Shown here: positions 1 through 11,041 of the stretch, piece by piece
Position numbering within the stretch: the stretch's first letter is position 1
Layout of the letters: the number at the start of each line of letters is the position of its first letter
Origin: a virus
DNA: 64,000 bases
Strand: one strand, 5' to 3'
IMG/VR virus record: IMGVR_UViG_3300047497_000079
Span: 17,637-81,636 of that record
Notes under the pieces: model-generated
Told to the model about the DNA's origin: nothing
Database searches by the model: none
What the model saw: only the letters and a program-made list of their open reading frames with translations
Program-made: the position numbers and the translations under genes

Positions 1-1
1 C

Positions 2-1069
2 CCGAATGTTGCCATCGCCACGATCAATCTCAACACGCCAGCCACGGGCGGGTCCGACAAGGAGAGCATCGACTCCATCCGGTTCAACGCCCCGCGCAAT
101 TATACCCAGCAGTACCGGAATGTTACGACGGCCGACTACACCCAAGCCATCGTCTCTCAGTTTCAGAACATCCAGGCCGTCTCGGTATGGGGCGGTGAAC
201 ACAATACGACGCCCGATTATGGGAAGGTGTATATCTCCGTTAAGCCAACGACGGGCTTTACCCTGACGGCCTCGCAGAAGAGCCAGATCCAGACGGCCCT
301 TGCGCCCTCAAACGTAATGGCCATCCAGACGGTCTTGATCGATCCCACGTTCAACTATATCGTTCCGCAGGTGAATGTGTGGTTCAATTCGCTGAAGACT
401 TCGCTGTCGGCGACCCAGATCCTTGCCAATATTTCCGCGACCGTTCAGACCTTCGAGACCAACACGCTCGGCACCTTCCAATCGCCTTTTTACTTTTCAC
501 GGTTCGCGGCGGCCATCGATGGCACCGATCCCTCGATCCTCGGAAACGATTCACGGATACTGGTCCAGAAGCGGTTCACGCCCCAGCTAAACTCGTCGTT
601 CTCCTATGCCTTGAACTTCCATCAGGCCGTGGTCCATCCCTATGACGGGTATCTGGGAGCGATCACGTCGACGGGCTTTACGGTACCGCTTTACGCGCAG
701 ACCCTGTACATCACTGATGACGGGTATGGCAATCTCGTCACTTACTATCTGTCGGGTACGAGCAAGGTCTATGTGGCCCCGGACGGCACCAACAAAAACA
801 TAGGCACGGTCAATTACAGTACTGGTCTATTGCAATTCACGCTTCCCGTTGCGAGCGTCGTCGATGGATCAGGGGAAATCCAGATCAACATGGCCCCGGT
901 GCTTAGGGATGTGACGCCAGGTTTCAACGAAATCTTGCTCATTACCCAGTGCAACATCAACCTATATGATAGCGCTTCCGGCAATCTCGTCACTTCCGGC
1001 TCGGTCAATACAGCGGGCGATACGACGACCCTACAGCAGAACGGGTTTGCCACGGCCATCATCATATGA
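2..1069 (+). CDS. gp6: Baseplate wedge subunit gp6-like (5'-partial)
   Basis: Frame is open from base 2: GGSDKESIDSIRFNAPRNY..RNVTTADY..SVWGGE..YGKVYISVKP, typical T4 gp6 motifs; followed by gp7- and gp8-like genes. Confidence 0.9.
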   Translation, partial: PNVAIATINLNTPATGGSDKESIDSIRFNAPRNYTQQYRNVTTADYTQAIVSQFQNIQAVSVWGGEHNTTPDYGKVYISVKPTTGFTLTASQKSQIQTALAPSNVMAIQTVLIDPTFNYIVPQVNVWFNSLKTSLSATQILANISATVQTFETNTLGTFQSPFYFSRFAAAIDGTDPSILGNDSRILVQKRFTPQLNSSFSYALNFHQAVVHPYDGYLGAITSTGFTVPLYAQTLYITDDGYGNLVTYYLSGTSKVYVAPDGTNKNIGTVNYSTGLLQFTLPVASVVDGSGEIQINMAPVLRDVTPGFNEILLITQCNINLYDSASGNLVTSGSVNTAGDTTTLQQNGFATAIII

Positions 1070-2403
1070 TTGACTGGAAGTTAGCCTCCAAGCTTTTACC
1101 ATCCCGTCTCCCGGAGTTCGTCCGTGAAGATGCCCGGATGTTCGTCTTATTCCTTTCGGCCTACTATGATTGGCTCGACAATCAGGGCAACCCATCATGG
1201 GGCATCAACAATTTCCTGCTCGAACTCGACATCGATCAGACCGAGGCCAAGTTCATATCGTCCTTCTGGGATTCGTACATGGCGACGGTCCCTTCGTCGG
1301 CCCTTGCTGATCCCCGGTTACTACTCAAGCATATCAAGCCGTTTTATCTCGCAAGGGGTTCGGAGACCTCGTTTAGGTTCCTATTCCGGGTGTTTTTCAA
1401 CACCGAGATCGATTTCTACTATCCAGGCAATGACATTTTCCGTCTCGATAACTCGGAATGGATCGTCCTCACCTCGCTCAAGATCACGCCCGCGGCCGGC
1501 ATCGATCCGAACCAGTATCTGAACAGGGAAGTGTATGGGAGCACCTCAGGAGCACGCACGGGCATCACCAACGTCATCTCCTATTACACGGCCGGCTTGC
1601 TCATTTTCGAGCTTTATTACGCCTCGTCCATCGGAGCATTCGTCGCGGGCGAAGAAGTCGTCGACTACGAAACCAATGCCACCATCGGCACAATCATCGC
1701 AGGCGGCGTCGTCAGCTATCCAGGCTATTACGACACCTATAACTCGCAGCCCGACGGTCCCTGCAAGCTCCAGGACGATTATTATTATCAAGCCTATTCC
1801 TATGTCGTGAAATCCCCGATCTCGTCGTCGGCCTATGAGCAGCTCGTTGCCAATTTGCTCCACCCGGCCGGGACCCTGCTCTTCCCCCAGTTTCAGGGCT
1901 TTTCGCAAGAACAGCTTCCGATTGCGTCGATCCAGAATTCGGTCATCAGTCTCGACGTTCCCGTTGCCTATGCCCTGCCCTTGGCCTACGGCAATTCCGC
2001 CTTCGCCACGTCCACCCTGGCCTTGCCGCCGCTAGCCATTTACGACACCGATGTATCCGTCCCGGTCTCCTACGCCTCTTCCTACGAGCCATGGACGGTT
2101 CAGGCCGATTACATCCAGATCCAAACCTACGCGACCTTGGGTTCCATCGCCGGATTCACAGGCTCGATTGTCGCGAGCTGGCAGGGCGCTACGTTTACCA
2201 ACGGCACGGGCGTCATCGGCATCGGCAATACGTCGTTCCTGTCCTATCTATCGGTGTCCCAGCCCGTGGAGATCATCGACGATTCGGGGGCCAATGCTCC
2301 CGCACCCAACGCCGTTGCGGCCGTCGATTCCAACACCACGATGCGGCTGGTCTTCCCCTATGCAGGCGGCTCCCTCGCGAACGGACAGATATACACTTAC
2401 TAA
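1066..2403 (+). CDS. Baseplate wedge subunit gp7-like
   Basis: LPEFVRED..FL.AYYDWL, LLKHIKPFYLARGSETSFRFLFR and LQDDYYYQAYSYVVKS..LLHPAG; lies between gp6 and gp8. Confidence 0.75.
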   Translation: MIDWKLASKLLPSRLPEFVREDARMFVLFLSAYYDWLDNQGNPSWGINNFLLELDIDQTEAKFISSFWDSYMATVPSSALADPRLLLKHIKPFYLARGSETSFRFLFRVFFNTEIDFYYPGNDIFRLDNSEWIVLTSLKITPAAGIDPNQYLNREVYGSTSGARTGITNVISYYTAGLLIFELYYASSIGAFVAGEEVVDYETNATIGTIIAGGVVSYPGYYDTYNSQPDGPCKLQDDYYYQAYSYVVKSPISSSAYEQLVANLLHPAGTLLFPQFQGFSQEQLPIASIQNSVISLDVPVAYALPLAYGNSAFATSTLALPPLAIYDTDVSVPVSYASSYEPWTVQADYIQIQTYATLGSIAGFTGSIVASWQGATFTNGTGVIGIGNTSFLSYLSVSQPVEIIDDSGANAPAPNAVAAVDSNTTMRLVFPYAGGSLANGQIYTY

Positions 2404-2417
2404 ATAATCGATTAGGG

Positions 2418-2933
2418 CTACAAATATTCTTTGTACTGGCGTAGCAAACTATCGTCCCCTTTGCTTGTTAGCGGAACATAGAACAGCATACGATTATCGG
2501 ACTTTTCATGAACTCTAAAAACACGTTTGCCATTCAAAGCTCGCTTCATCAATGCCGCAAAGTTGTAGAACGTGTTGAAACGCTGGGAATTCTCGCAGAT
2601 AAGCAGAATTATATCGCAGTAGCGAAACTTATTTAAATAGAAGAAGACCGCTTTTTTGACTAACGCCATAATCTCCTGAGCATCCTTTAACGATAGATCG
2701 TTAATCTTGCTGTAGTGTTCGTTCACAGTAAAATCTATCTGAAGAATCAGGCATCCATCCTCTTTGTAGGTTGCGGCATAGACCCCGACTGGTATATTGC
2801 TCTTTGTTTTCTGAATAACTCCATGGGTATTGGGCTTGTGTAGCCAGCGCTTAACAAAGTTGGGTACAAAAGAGCGTGGATGATCGTTAAAGGCCGGGTG
2901 GGCCTCGTTTAAGAACTGTTGGAAGCTTTGCAT
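2418..2933 (-). CDS. Hypothetical protein with capsid-targeting-like N-terminus
   Basis: Starts MQSFQQFLNE; TAAATA 4 nt upstream of ATG; inverted relative to flanking baseplate genes. Confidence 0.7.
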   Translation of the reverse strand: MQSFQQFLNEAHPAFNDHPRSFVPNFVKRWLHKPNTHGVIQKTKSNIPVGVYAATYKEDGCLILQIDFTVNEHYSKINDLSLKDAQEIMALVKKAVFFYLNKFRYCDIILLICENSQRFNTFYNFAALMKRALNGKRVFRVHEKSDNRMLFYVPLTSKGDDSLLRQYKEYL

Positions 2934-2938
2934 CCCAT

Positions 2939-2961
2939 ATTTATTAACGGCCTTATAAATA
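2939..2961. promoter_or_regulatory. Divergent pair of T4-type late promoters
   Basis: TATAAATA on + upstream of gp8, and ATAAATA on - upstream of the ORF starting at 2933. Confidence 0.7.
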
Positions 2962-2984
2962 CTTTTAAAGACTCACGGTAATCC

Positions 2985-4481
2985 ATGTCAGGCATAATCA
3001 CGAACCACGTCCGGCTATTCGAGGCCAATACCTTCCTCAACCGCTTCAATTCGACGGACAATTTATATCTCTATATCGCGCGGATTACGCCCTGGCCCAA
3101 CGAGTCATCACCGCCGTCTGCGGCCGATACGGTGTTCTCGACCGATTACGACCTGTGGCGGCAGATCTATGCCATGAAGAAGGTGTCCATTGGCAACATG
3201 TCCTTCGGCGTCCCCCGCTATAACTGGACGACGGGCACGGTGTACAACGAATACCGGGACAACGATTCCTCGCTGATATCCGAACCATTTTTCGTGATCA
3301 CGTCGGCCCTGAACGTGTACAAGTGCTTGTATAACAATGGCGGGGCCACATCCACCGTACAGCCCACGGGCACGTCGACGTCGTCATTCCAGACGGCGGA
3401 CGGATACATATGGAAGTTTCTCTATCAAGTCTCGGCCTCGGGCGCGACGACCTTCCTGACGCCGTCGTTCATCCCCGTTCAAACCATCGCCTCGAACGAC
3501 GGATCGGCACAATGGTCGGTACAACAGGCAGCAATCCCAGGTTCCGTCGAAGTCATCGACGTCATTTCGGGCGGCACGGGCTTTACGGGCGATGCCAACA
3601 CGGCTTCGACGGCGTCGGCTTCCACAATCACCCTCCAGACTTCGGCCGCCACGGGCAAGCTCAACGGCTCTGTCGTCTATATCTCCTCAGGCACTGGCGC
3701 GGGTCAGCTCAGGACTATCACGGCCTGGAACGGGTCCACCAAGGTTGCCACCATTTCCCCCAACTGGACGACGACGCCCGATGGCACGTCTTCATACGTC
3801 GTCGGCGCACAGATCACGGTGGCGGGCGATGGACAGGGTTTAACGGCCTATGGCCTCGTCTCCAACACGGGTGTCATAACGTCCGTACCCGTCGTCTCAA
3901 AGGGCAATTCCTACACCATCGTATCTGCCACGGCCTCGGCAAATGGCGGTTCTGGAGCCAACCTCGACGCGTACGTAAGCCCTCGGGGCGGACATGGTTC
4001 GGATGCCGTGTCAGAGCTATTCGGGACCAATATCATCTTCTATGCGCAGCTCAATGGCACCGAGAGCAACACGATTTCTGCCTCGAACCAGTACCGGGTG
4101 CTGGGCCTGATCCTTGATCCGCTCCTCGCCAATGGTTCGCCGGCGACAGGGGCCGTTTACGATCAGACCACGCATCTAACCATCACGTCTCCCGTGGGCA
4201 CATTCACGAACGACGAGGAGATCGTGGGCCAGACCTCGGGGGCAACGGGCTATCTCGTCGATGATACGTCGAACGTCCTCCGTCTCGTCAATGTGACGGG
4301 CACCTTTGCCAATGCGGAAAGCGTCGTGGGGCAATCGTCATCTGCACACGGCACTGTTTCAGCAATTTCCGCATCTCCTCTTAAACTTTTTACTGGAAAC
4401 ATCCTCACCGTCGAAAATAGGCTTTCTGTATCAAGATCACCGAACCAAGCCGAAACTTTCCAGATTGTGATGGAATTCTGA
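2985..4481 (+). CDS. gp8: Baseplate wedge subunit gp8-like
   Basis: LYLYIARITPWPNESSPP, VPRYNWTTGTVY, VYKCLYNNGG, DGYIWKFLY, SPRGGHGSDAVSEL. Confidence 0.85.
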   Translation: MSGIITNHVRLFEANTFLNRFNSTDNLYLYIARITPWPNESSPPSAADTVFSTDYDLWRQIYAMKKVSIGNMSFGVPRYNWTTGTVYNEYRDNDSSLISEPFFVITSALNVYKCLYNNGGATSTVQPTGTSTSSFQTADGYIWKFLYQVSASGATTFLTPSFIPVQTIASNDGSAQWSVQQAAIPGSVEVIDVISGGTGFTGDANTASTASASTITLQTSAATGKLNGSVVYISSGTGAGQLRTITAWNGSTKVATISPNWTTTPDGTSSYVVGAQITVAGDGQGLTAYGLVSNTGVITSVPVVSKGNSYTIVSATASANGGSGANLDAYVSPRGGHGSDAVSELFGTNIIFYAQLNGTESNTISASNQYRVLGLILDPLLANGSPATGAVYDQTTHLTITSPVGTFTNDEEIVGQTSGATGYLVDDTSNVLRLVNVTGTFANAESVVGQSSSAHGTVSAISASPLKLFTGNILTVENRLSVSRSPNQAETFQIVMEF

Positions 4482-4521
4482 TCCATCACACTAAATACTT
4501 AAAACGCTTTAATCCTTCTAC

Positions 4522-7500
4522 ATGGCAAACACTTCAAATACGAATTCTGCTGACAATACGGTCCCGTGGATTGATACCAACCTATCGGAATATCCGTATT
4601 TTGATGACACCGACGAAACCAAGGATTATGAGCGGGTTCTATTTAAGCCTACCGTTGGCCTTCAGACTCGTGAGCTAAATGCTCTTCAGACTTATATCCA
4701 GAAGCAAAATGCCCGCGTCACGTCTTCCATATTCCAGGACGGCACCCGGATCAAAGGCGGGTCGTTTAACATTGACCTCAACGCAAATTATGTACGGCTT
4801 CAAGACAATGATCAGTTCGGTCATGCCGTAAACGTAACTAATTTTGCTAACACAGTTATTACTGGTGCTACTTCAGGTGTTAAGGCCCATGTCAGCCTTG
4901 TTCAGGCAGGTACACAGGCGGCTTCACCAAATACAAATCTACTCATTGTAAAATATACCGCTGCTTCTAGTTCGAATAATTCCGTTACGACATTTACGCC
5001 CGGTGAGATTATTTCATCTGATACGGGTTTCACTGCAACTGTAATAAACCTGACCTCTGCACTAGGATCTGCTTCGACGATGAAAGTCGACGACGGCATA
5101 TTCTTTTGCAAAGGATTTCCCGTTCGCTTTTCCAAAAGTTCCATTATCCTTGATCCCGCAAGCTCGACACCTTCGTGCCGTGTAGGTATCATCGTCAACG
5201 AAAACATCGTAAATTACGAAGAAGATCCAACTCTTCTTTCTAATGCCGCAGGCTTCAACAATTATAACGCACCGGGCGCGGATCGGCTTCAACTGCTCCC
5301 CGAACTTACGATCCTCGGACTTACTGAGTCTGTACCGTCGAACTTTTCTCAGATCTGCGTGCTATCAAATGGTGTCATTCAGTCAGTAAACCAGCCCGAT
5401 ACTCTATCGAATGTGATGGACGTTTTGGCTCAGAGACAGTACGAGACCACTGGGAACTTTGTCGCCAACGGCATGAACCTCAGTGTGGTCGAATGTCTCG
5501 ATAGCGGTATCAACAACGGGTATTTGTCTGCTAATAATGGTGGCAACACCTATCAACTTGCCGTTGGTGTCCAGCCTGGGTATGCCTTTGTAAAAGGCTA
5601 TAACGTCCAGTACTATGTCACTCAGTGGGATCTTATCGACAAGGGCATTGATTATGTCAATGTTGACTCCGTTACAATTCAGACAAATTACGGAAACTAT
5701 GCGAATGTAAAGCAGCTTGCTGGTTATTTCGATACCGTCAATGGCACTCCTGTAAGCTTATACAGTGCCAACCAGTATGCTCTCTCCAACAATACCTACG
5801 TGTCTGGAAGCTATAATGGTTCGATCATAGGCACGGCTCGTGTTCGTGAAGTCGAGCTTCAGACAGGCAACTATGACGACGCTGCCGCAACATTCAACGT
5901 CTATCTGTACGATGTAAAAATGACGGCCAACGATTTTTCGGCTGTCTGTTCTATCGTTTCAAATACTGGTGTATGCGATATCATTCCCGATGCTTCGTCA
6001 AATACAGCTTATCTATATGACGCAAGTTTCGACGACGCCGTCTTCCCCATTGCAAATCAGGCAATCCGGACGATCAGAAACGCCAACGGCAATGTTGTAA
6101 ACTCTTATGAGTTTACACAGTCCTTTCCCGTGACGATTGCGTCTTCGGGGACTTTTACCGTTGCAACGGGAAGTTCAAGCGAAACGTTTCCCTACTCTCC
6201 CGGTCTGTTAAATAGTACCCAGGTCCAAGACTTTATGGTTGTCTTGCAGGGTAGCGCAAACGTTGCCCTCCAGGGAACAGTCACGACTGTCAATGGCAAT
6301 ACCACTGTTACCGGCGCGAATACAATATTTTCTACACAGCTCCGGGAATCTGACAAGATAAATGTTGGCGGCAATCTGTATCGCGTTGCTAATGTCAATT
6401 CGAACACCAGTCTAACCCTTTGGCATCCCGCCACATCCAATGCGACGTCCTCTTTTTCGAAGCAGTATATTAGCGGCGACATCGTCCCATTCAATGTAAA
6501 TGGTACGAGTGGCACTGCACGTACCATCACCGCAAGTTCATCGACGTCTGCTGCTTTCAACCTTGAGGAAACACTATCCAATAACGTTTCGGCCGTTGTC
6601 TTCTGTAAGCTTATTAAGGCTAACGCAACGGAGAAGAAGAAACACTTAAATAACGCTTATGTAATAATTGATACTACGACCCATTCTGCTAATACCGTTG
6701 GCCCCTATTCATTGGGTTTCGCGGACATTTACAGCGTTATTAGCTGCCGTACGTCAGCCAACGCTTTTGTTAATGTAACGGACGGAACCGACGTCTCGTC
6801 ATATTTTCTGTTCAATACAGGACAGAATGATGATTTGTATGGTCTCGGTTCTATGTCCATCGCTAACACTAGCGTCGTGCTGGATCGTTATTTGTTGGTC
6901 AATGTTGCCTTTTTCTCACATGACTTTTCACAGGGGTCGTGCTTCTTTACAGTCGACTCGTACCCCGTTGACGACACGACGTACACGAGCAACTCCACGA
7001 TTAGGACGGAGTTAATACCATACTTCCAGTCACCTTCGGATGGTACCTTATACAGTCTTCGTCAGTGCATAGATTTTCGCCCTGCTTTGGTAAATACAGC
7101 AGCTAATTCTGCTACCATATCAGGTGCTACCACCAACCCGTCTGCCAATTCCACTCTAAATGTGCCATCGGGTGGCTTACATTTTCCGGTTATCGACTCA
7201 AACTTTACCTCTTCCTTCTCTTATTACCAGGGCCGTGTCGATCTCGTCACTCTTACGCCAACCGGAGGGCTCAATGTCATTCGTGGTGCGCCGGCAGATA
7301 GCCCTGTAACGCCACAGACGCCTTCTTCGACCATGGCTCTTGGCACTGTTCAAGTGCCTCCCTATCCGTCCTTGGCCAACACCGTCACGACGTCCTGGTT
7401 GGGTTCCAAGGGTTATACGATGCAGATGATCGGGGCGCTTGAGACCCGCATCGCCGCGCTTGAATATTATTCCAGTCTCAACCTATTGGAGCAGAGCACG

Positions 7501-10500
7501 AGTGCGCTGCAAATTCTCGACTCTAACGGGCTGAACCGATTCAAAAATGGGTTCATTGCAGATAATTTCTCTGGCTCGAATATCGTAAATGTGTATGACG
7601 TTGAATACCTCTGCTCTATTGACACCACAAATCAATTGTGCCGCCCCCGCTTCTACCTTAATCAGGTAAAGCTTGACTACGATCAAGTACATTCAAATAA
7701 CTGTGTCACATCCGCTAACGCAGTATCACTGATACTAGCCAGTAATAACACCACGTTTGTAGCAGGCCAGGCTTTTCAGACCAATTCTGCAAGCGGCACT
7801 GTCGTTGCAACACATGGCAACCGAGTTTATCTGGAAAATATCATCGGGACATTTGCCGCTAATTCTTACACGCTTGAAACCAACAGCTCACCGACGACCT
7901 ATCAGATCACGAGCGTTGTTCCATCTGTCAATGGATCGTTGCTAACTCTGCCATGGACCAACTATCTCGCGATACAGCAACCCTATGCGACAGAAACACG
8001 GAATGCTGCTGGTCTGGAATGGGATTGGGTAGGCAACGTAACTCTATACCCACCTTCCGATTACTGGGTTGATACGAACCAAAGCGCAGACGTGGTTCTA
8101 AACGTCGGCGACCAGAATGATAACTGGGAGGCCAACAATGGCTGGGTTACGACCTGGAATTCTTGGCAGACCGTCTGGACTGGCACGAGCACGTCGAATA
8201 CAACTACAACTCAGATAACTGTTAATAGCGCCAGTGATTTGACAGATATTACTGCTGTCGCGCAGTATGTCATTAACGGTGGCACTTTGACCTTAGGTCG
8301 TCTTGGGGGCAATTATGGGCTCTCCACAATTGAAAGCCGTTGGTCGTCGTTTTTTTCAGACAATGAACCTCTTCAAGGTGTAATTGCTTGGTTACAAGAG
8401 GAGTTATCTCGTTACGGATCGAGCGGTGTAGAAACCGTTACTATTCAGAACGGCGTATCTACTACCAACACGGTACAGACCAGGACGGGCACTTCTTCCT
8501 TAACGACCTATTCAGAGCAGACATCGACGGTCGGTGATTATGTGATTGACACATCACTCAATCCCTACATGCGCTCGCAGGCTATTGTGTTTGTGGCCAC
8601 GGGAATGAAGCCAAATGCACAGCTCTATCCATTTTTCGACAACATCGCGGTCTCTCAATATTGTGCTCCCCTGGCGAATGTGAGTTTCCAGAATTCTTTG
8701 ATTTCAGTCGCCAATACGAATGCGTATATACCACTGCAATCGTCCTTGGACCAGGCTTTAGCGACGGGGATCGAGGTTCCGACTCTTGGCGATCCTTTGA
8801 TAAGTGATGCTAATGGTAATGTGATCGGTGTTTTCTATCTTCCTGATAATCCAAATCGGCAGTTTAATGTTGGTTCGGTCGTTTTCCGGCTTTCGGATTC
8901 TTTGGTCAATTCTAATACCGTGGGCGATGTCACCACCTCGGCCGAGGCTACCTATTCTGCATATGGTATTACGGATACCACGTCCAATCTGATCGTTTCG
9001 ACGCAGGTAGCCTCGACCCAGACACAGAGCGTTACCCAGACTCAGACTTTATCTTCGACGACTACGACCTCACAAGTCGTAGCGGCGGCACTTTATGAGC
9101 CCATTGTACAGTCTTTCTCGGTTCCGTTGCCTTCCAGTGAAACGGCCGAGGGAGTGTTTGTCACACGGCTTGATTTGTTCTTCCAGACCGCCGATCCGGT
9201 GCAACCCGTTACGATCAGTCTCGTTGCCCTTGACCCCAGCACCGCACAGGTTACCAGCACTACCATCCCTCTATCTACCAAGATCCTGTATCCTGGAGAT
9301 ATTAACGTATCTGCGGATGGAACGGTCCCCACGCCGTTCTATTTCGACTCGCCGATCTATCTGACGGCCGGTCAAATGTATGGATTTAAGATTTTCCCAG
9401 GTGGAAGTAACCCGAATTATAACGTGTGGGTCGCCACTCTCGGCCAGACGGATGTCTCCACGGGTATACAGGTCATACAAAATCCTGCGTCGGGCAATCT
9501 TTTCGTTTCGTCAAACGATCAAACGTATACGGCCGTAACAAATCAGCAGGTTAAGTTTAATCTGTACGTGGCACAGTTCAACACATCAGTGCAAGGTTCT
9601 GCCGTTCTTTATAATGATCCCCAAGAGTATTTGCAGCTATCTTCCAATACTGGCGGTGCCTACTTTATGACGGGCGAGCCGATATTTGGTCCGACCACTA
9701 TCACTCTCTCAAATGTCGCAAATGGAACTCCCGTCGTCGGAGATATCGTCCGTGGGTCTACATCTAACACGTCGGGCTATATTACTGCCGTGTCTAATAA
9801 TGTTCTAACTGTTACGCCTTGGGCCAATCAGTTAGGGGCTTCCTACTTCTCGAACGATGCCATGACCATTCTTTATGCGAATGGATCGGCTACGGGCATA
9901 ACCTCTAACACTATTTCTGTTACCTTCCCTTCGGGCCTACAGTCCAGTTCGTCGCTCGGAACGCTGGTATTGAATACTATGTCAAATACGCAGTTTCAGG
10001 TGAACAACACTATTGTTGGACAGTTTGCTGGCCTCTCCAGTGTTTTAAATTCCTTTGGCAATATCCAATATGACGTTTATCAGCCGACGATATCATCGCT
10101 TGTGTTTCCGAAAACATCTATTGCTTGGGCGGCTAAGACAACTTCTAACACGGGAACATTGGATAGCTCCTATAATGCATGTGTGGTGAACAACAATAAT
10201 AATTGTCTCGGACAGCGCGTAATCTATACCAATACTTACGAAAAGAACATGCTGGGTGATCATTCATTCAAGTTGAATGGCATTTTATCCACCTCGGACG
10301 CTTATCTGTCTCCTGTGATCGATCTCACCAGGAGCGGTGTCATCCTGGTTGGTAACATCATAAACAATGTGACTACAAATGAGACGACACCTCATGCGGG
10401 CCAAGCAGCCGCGAAATATGTTACCCGTTTAGCAACTCTTGATGCCAATATGGATGCCGAGGATATCGTCGTCTATGTCACGGCATACCGCCCGCCCGGA

Positions 10501-10815
10501 ACCGACTTGCCTGTGTATGTAAAGCTATCCAATTTCCAAGATACGCTTGCGACGAATGACCATAATTGGGTTCAACTCGTGCCGGATGGCACAGCTTATT
10601 CGGACGCGACCGATCCGACGGATTACATAGAATATACCTATAACTTGCCTTCTTCGGTTATGACGGGTCCTGATGGTGGTTACCAGTACGTCGGTCCTAA
10701 CAACGTGACGTTCTCTTCATTCCGAAACTACATAATCAAGATCGTGATGATTTCCGATGATTCTTCCAATGTTCCGCTCCTAAGTAATATGAGAGCGGTC
10801 TGTCTCCAGATGTAG
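4522..10815 (+). CDS. Large virion structural protein (VrlC/DUF4815-like)
   Basis: PYFDD..K.YERVLFKP..LQTRELNALQ, APGADR, NRFKNGFIADNF, PIVQSF, D.YLSPVID motifs typical of T4-like VrlC proteins. Confidence 0.8.
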   Translation: MANTSNTNSADNTVPWIDTNLSEYPYFDDTDETKDYERVLFKPTVGLQTRELNALQTYIQKQNARVTSSIFQDGTRIKGGSFNIDLNANYVRLQDNDQFGHAVNVTNFANTVITGATSGVKAHVSLVQAGTQAASPNTNLLIVKYTAASSSNNSVTTFTPGEIISSDTGFTATVINLTSALGSASTMKVDDGIFFCKGFPVRFSKSSIILDPASSTPSCRVGIIVNENIVNYEEDPTLLSNAAGFNNYNAPGADRLQLLPELTILGLTESVPSNFSQICVLSNGVIQSVNQPDTLSNVMDVLAQRQYETTGNFVANGMNLSVVECLDSGINNGYLSANNGGNTYQLAVGVQPGYAFVKGYNVQYYVTQWDLIDKGIDYVNVDSVTIQTNYGNYANVKQLAGYFDTVNGTPVSLYSANQYALSNNTYVSGSYNGSIIGTARVREVELQTGNYDDAAATFNVYLYDVKMTANDFSAVCSIVSNTGVCDIIPDASSNTAYLYDASFDDAVFPIANQAIRTIRNANGNVVNSYEFTQSFPVTIASSGTFTVATGSSSETFPYSPGLLNSTQVQDFMVVLQGSANVALQGTVTTVNGNTTVTGANTIFSTQLRESDKINVGGNLYRVANVNSNTSLTLWHPATSNATSSFSKQYISGDIVPFNVNGTSGTARTITASSSTSAAFNLEETLSNNVSAVVFCKLIKANATEKKKHLNNAYVIIDTTTHSANTVGPYSLGFADIYSVISCRTSANAFVNVTDGTDVSSYFLFNTGQNDDLYGLGSMSIANTSVVLDRYLLVNVAFFSHDFSQGSCFFTVDSYPVDDTTYTSNSTIRTELIPYFQSPSDGTLYSLRQCIDFRPALVNTAANSATISGATTNPSANSTLNVPSGGLHFPVIDSNFTSSFSYYQGRVDLVTLTPTGGLNVIRGAPADSPVTPQTPSSTMALGTVQVPPYPSLANTVTTSWLGSKGYTMQMIGALETRIAALEYYSSLNLLEQSTSALQILDSNGLNRFKNGFIADNFSGSNIVNVYDVEYLCSIDTTNQLCRPRFYLNQVKLDYDQVHSNNCVTSANAVSLILASNNTTFVAGQAFQTNSASGTVVATHGNRVYLENIIGTFAANSYTLETNSSPTTYQITSVVPSVNGSLLTLPWTNYLAIQQPYATETRNAAGLEWDWVGNVTLYPPSDYWVDTNQSADVVLNVGDQNDNWEANNGWVTTWNSWQTVWTGTSTSNTTTTQITVNSASDLTDITAVAQYVINGGTLTLGRLGGNYGLSTIESRWSSFFSDNEPLQGVIAWLQEELSRYGSSGVETVTIQNGVSTTNTVQTRTGTSSLTTYSEQTSTVGDYVIDTSLNPYMRSQAIVFVATGMKPNAQLYPFFDNIAVSQYCAPLANVSFQNSLISVANTNAYIPLQSSLDQALATGIEVPTLGDPLISDANGNVIGVFYLPDNPNRQFNVGSVVFRLSDSLVNSNTVGDVTTSAEATYSAYGITDTTSNLIVSTQVASTQTQSVTQTQTLSSTTTTSQVVAAALYEPIVQSFSVPLPSSETAEGVFVTRLDLFFQTADPVQPVTISLVALDPSTAQVTSTTIPLSTKILYPGDINVSADGTVPTPFYFDSPIYLTAGQMYGFKIFPGGSNPNYNVWVATLGQTDVSTGIQVIQNPASGNLFVSSNDQTYTAVTNQQVKFNLYVAQFNTSVQGSAVLYNDPQEYLQLSSNTGGAYFMTGEPIFGPTTITLSNVANGTPVVGDIVRGSTSNTSGYITAVSNNVLTVTPWANQLGASYFSNDAMTILYANGSATGITSNTISVTFPSGLQSSSSLGTLVLNTMSNTQFQVNNTIVGQFAGLSSVLNSFGNIQYDVYQPTISSLVFPKTSIAWAAKTTSNTGTLDSSYNACVVNNNNNCLGQRVIYTNTYEKNMLGDHSFKLNGILSTSDAYLSPVIDLTRSGVILVGNIINNVTTNETTPHAGQAAAKYVTRLATLDANMDAEDIVVYVTAYRPPGTDLPVYVKLSNFQDTLATNDHNWVQLVPDGTAYSDATDPTDYIEYTYNLPSSVMTGPDGGYQYVGPNNVTFSSFRNYIIKIVMISDDSSNVPLLSNMRAVCLQM

Positions 10816-10822
10816 GTGACAG

Positions 10823-11041
10823 TTGCCAGAGTTTATTAAAGTCGTAAATGCCGACCACTGCATCAGAGACAAAAAAAGCAAGTGCGTCTCGTCAACAAAT
10901 GTTGCTGCTCTAAAGCAGTACAAACGTAACAAAGCCACGGTCGCTTCCCGTGATAATCGAATAAATAATTTGGAGACCGAAATCTCCGAACTTAAAGAAT
11001 TAGTCCAACAAATAGCGAATGTCGTACTTAAACACAGTTAG
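10823..11041 (+). CDS. Small coiled-coil hypothetical protein
   Basis: 72 aa; IRD..S...N...Y plus RINNLETEISELKELV; such genes typically follow VrlC-like genes. Confidence 0.6.
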   Translation: MPEFIKVVNADHCIRDKKSKCVSSTNVAALKQYKRNKATVASRDNRINNLETEISELKELVQQIANVVLKHS